64,000 nt of DNA from Balanoglossus misakiensis. Its lineage: Eukaryota; Animalia; Hemichordata. Positions 62,392-64,000 of the stretch are shown here, piece after piece (within the stretch, counting starts at the first letter, position 1; the number at the start of each line of letters is the position of its first letter). The DNA lies in contig CM082598.2 in NCBI GenBank assembly GCA_040954595.2, forward strand, positions 62,001 to 126,000, read 5' to 3'. Position numbers and translations under genes: made by a program. The notes under the pieces were generated by a model. That model was not told the origin of the DNA. It did no database searches and saw only the letters and a program-made list of their open reading frames with translations.

Positions 62392-63630
62392 AGAGAAAAA
62401 CTCATCCTACTTGTATTCTATACAGTGTACCATAGCTGTAAATAGTTTCTAATTCCGATTCCGTATACATCTGAGCATTATATACTAGGAGATGACTAGA
62501 AATGAATTTTTGATCCAGAGGATTATTGACAAATGCTGAATTTGTGATTTAAACAAAAAATGCCAGAAAATAATGTTGATTTGAAATCAAAGTTATACTT
62601 CAGTATAACTACATGTAGATTATCCAAAATACATTCATACGCTATAATTTATTCTGTTCATGTGTTAAAATAATTTCAGATTTTGTCCACCTTTCCATGA
62701 GTTCACTCGGACTATTGAAAAAAACAACAATAGGACTTGTTTGGTAATGAACGGGTATCAATGTACTTCACTTTTTGCATTCTCATTGCACTAATGTTTA
62801 TTTATCAGACCAATCACATCATCACCATCTATTTTACTTTGCCTTGAAGGAATACAATCAATGCTTATTCACTTATTTAAATATACATTTAAATGGCCAT
62901 GTCTAATGACCATTTAGTGGTGTTTTTTATGTGTGGCCACTTATGTCCTGGTGTAAATCCATGATTGGCTAAATTGCCAAGTTCTGTAGTTAGTACTGTG
63001 GCTAAATTTGAATGAGTGACTGTATATACTTAAGATGTACAAAGGCTCTTAAATATTTCAACATAAGAAGAAATAGGCCATTGAAATCAAACATTATAAT
63101 GGAATTGTATTCATACACATGTATATTAAAAGTTTGTTTTATACTAACCAAAATGTTCTGTGTTATGAATTGTCAGATCAGACCAATCATATCTCTTGAA
63201 ATTCTTCCTCGAAAGCATTTATGCTGTTTTGAGATTCATAGATATCATTTCTGAAAAAAATGGTAAAACACCATATTCATGTCAGGTCATGATCAGAAAA
63301 TCATCTTTGATATATTCCCAATTATTAATACTCGGAAATGAAGTAATTGTGTGATTTTCTTTTCTAAGCAGTTCTTCAATGATATATCGACACATATATA
63401 TGTGTAGCTTGGTTGTATAGGACTGGTCATTACTTTACATTCTTTTGTTTGAACAGACACTGGAATTTTATCCGCAGTGAACTGCAAAATGCGTACGATT
63501 TTTTTCCGTTCTTGCTGCCATTTTCATGTAAATAGTAAACGTAAAAACCCATTGACAAGCGCCTTTTTCGATTACTAGTATTGGTGGATTATACTCACAG
63601 CGCCCTCGTCGATGACATAGACTATCAAAG

Positions 63631-63683
63631 ATGGCGGCTATGACATATGTAAACAGTTCTTCCGTGCCGACTTTATTTACAGC
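63631..63683 (+). CDS. Possible first coding exon of an unidentified gene (MAAMTYVNSSSVPTLFT...)
   Basis: AAGATGGCGGC start context in a CpG-rich patch, followed by donor GC|GTAAGT. I could not join a downstream exon within the window. Confidence 0.35.
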
Positions 63684-64000
63684 GTAAGTTCTGTAGAATT
63701 CTTTCTTTCGTTTGTTGGCTTTCAGCCTTTGCACATCGGAAAGGTATATCGGTGGTTTTAGTAGCCAGCAGAACTTTGAGTGATCGTATTGCGGCAAGAC
63801 CGAAGTAAAACTGCTCTTCGAGTTCTCGTTTTCCTGCACAACTCAATAGTCAATGTAAACACTAATTTTTGTATCGATGGTTACTTTCCACTTTGGTGCA
63901 TGCATTTGTACAATGAGCTCTTCGACACGGTTACAAATCAATATTCTCCGGAAGGGGATAGCGTCTGGTGAATGATGTTCTTCACGTTTCATATCCAGGC

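Noticed and set aside
63468-63839. 123-aa minus-strand ORF near the right edge
   Set aside because: It has a non-ATG start and no recognisable domain, and it overlaps a plus-strand promoter-like region.

Overview
AT-rich, intron-rich animal genomic DNA. It looks like an invertebrate deuterostome such as a hemichordate or echinoderm, which is an inference from gene content and repeat style. I assembled spliced models by hand from GT-AG sites and checked reading-frame phase. In order: (1) the 3' part of a SPI/PU.1-type ETS factor (+) with a PNT/SAM-like region and an AT-hook; (2) a complete 25-exon two-pore channel TPC2 (-, 4745-26743); (3) nested antisense in TPC2 intron 12, a 2-exon secreted protein with an angiopoietin-like N-terminus, a coiled coil and seven EAR/EPTP repeats; (4) a ~3.5 kb G-rich compound minisatellite in TPC2 intron 8, which produces spurious six-frame ORFs; (5) an MS4A/CD20-like tetraspan gene (+); (6) after ~14 kb of non-coding DNA, a DUSP-fold protein with a single-exon CDS whose catalytic Cys is replaced by Gly; (7) a complete 20-exon SND1/Tudor-SN (-) with a piggyBac transposase relic in its last intron; (8) head-to-head with SND1, a TMEM216/TMEM80-family gene (+) with a U12-type intron and a tandemly duplicated, probably mutually exclusive 93-nt exon; (9) a possible first exon of another gene at the right edge. 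Many MITEs and microsatellites are scattered throughout. The best novelty candidates are the nested coiled-coil/EAR-propeller gene, the duplicated TMEM216 exon pair and the pseudophosphatase. No database searches were run, so novelty is unverified.
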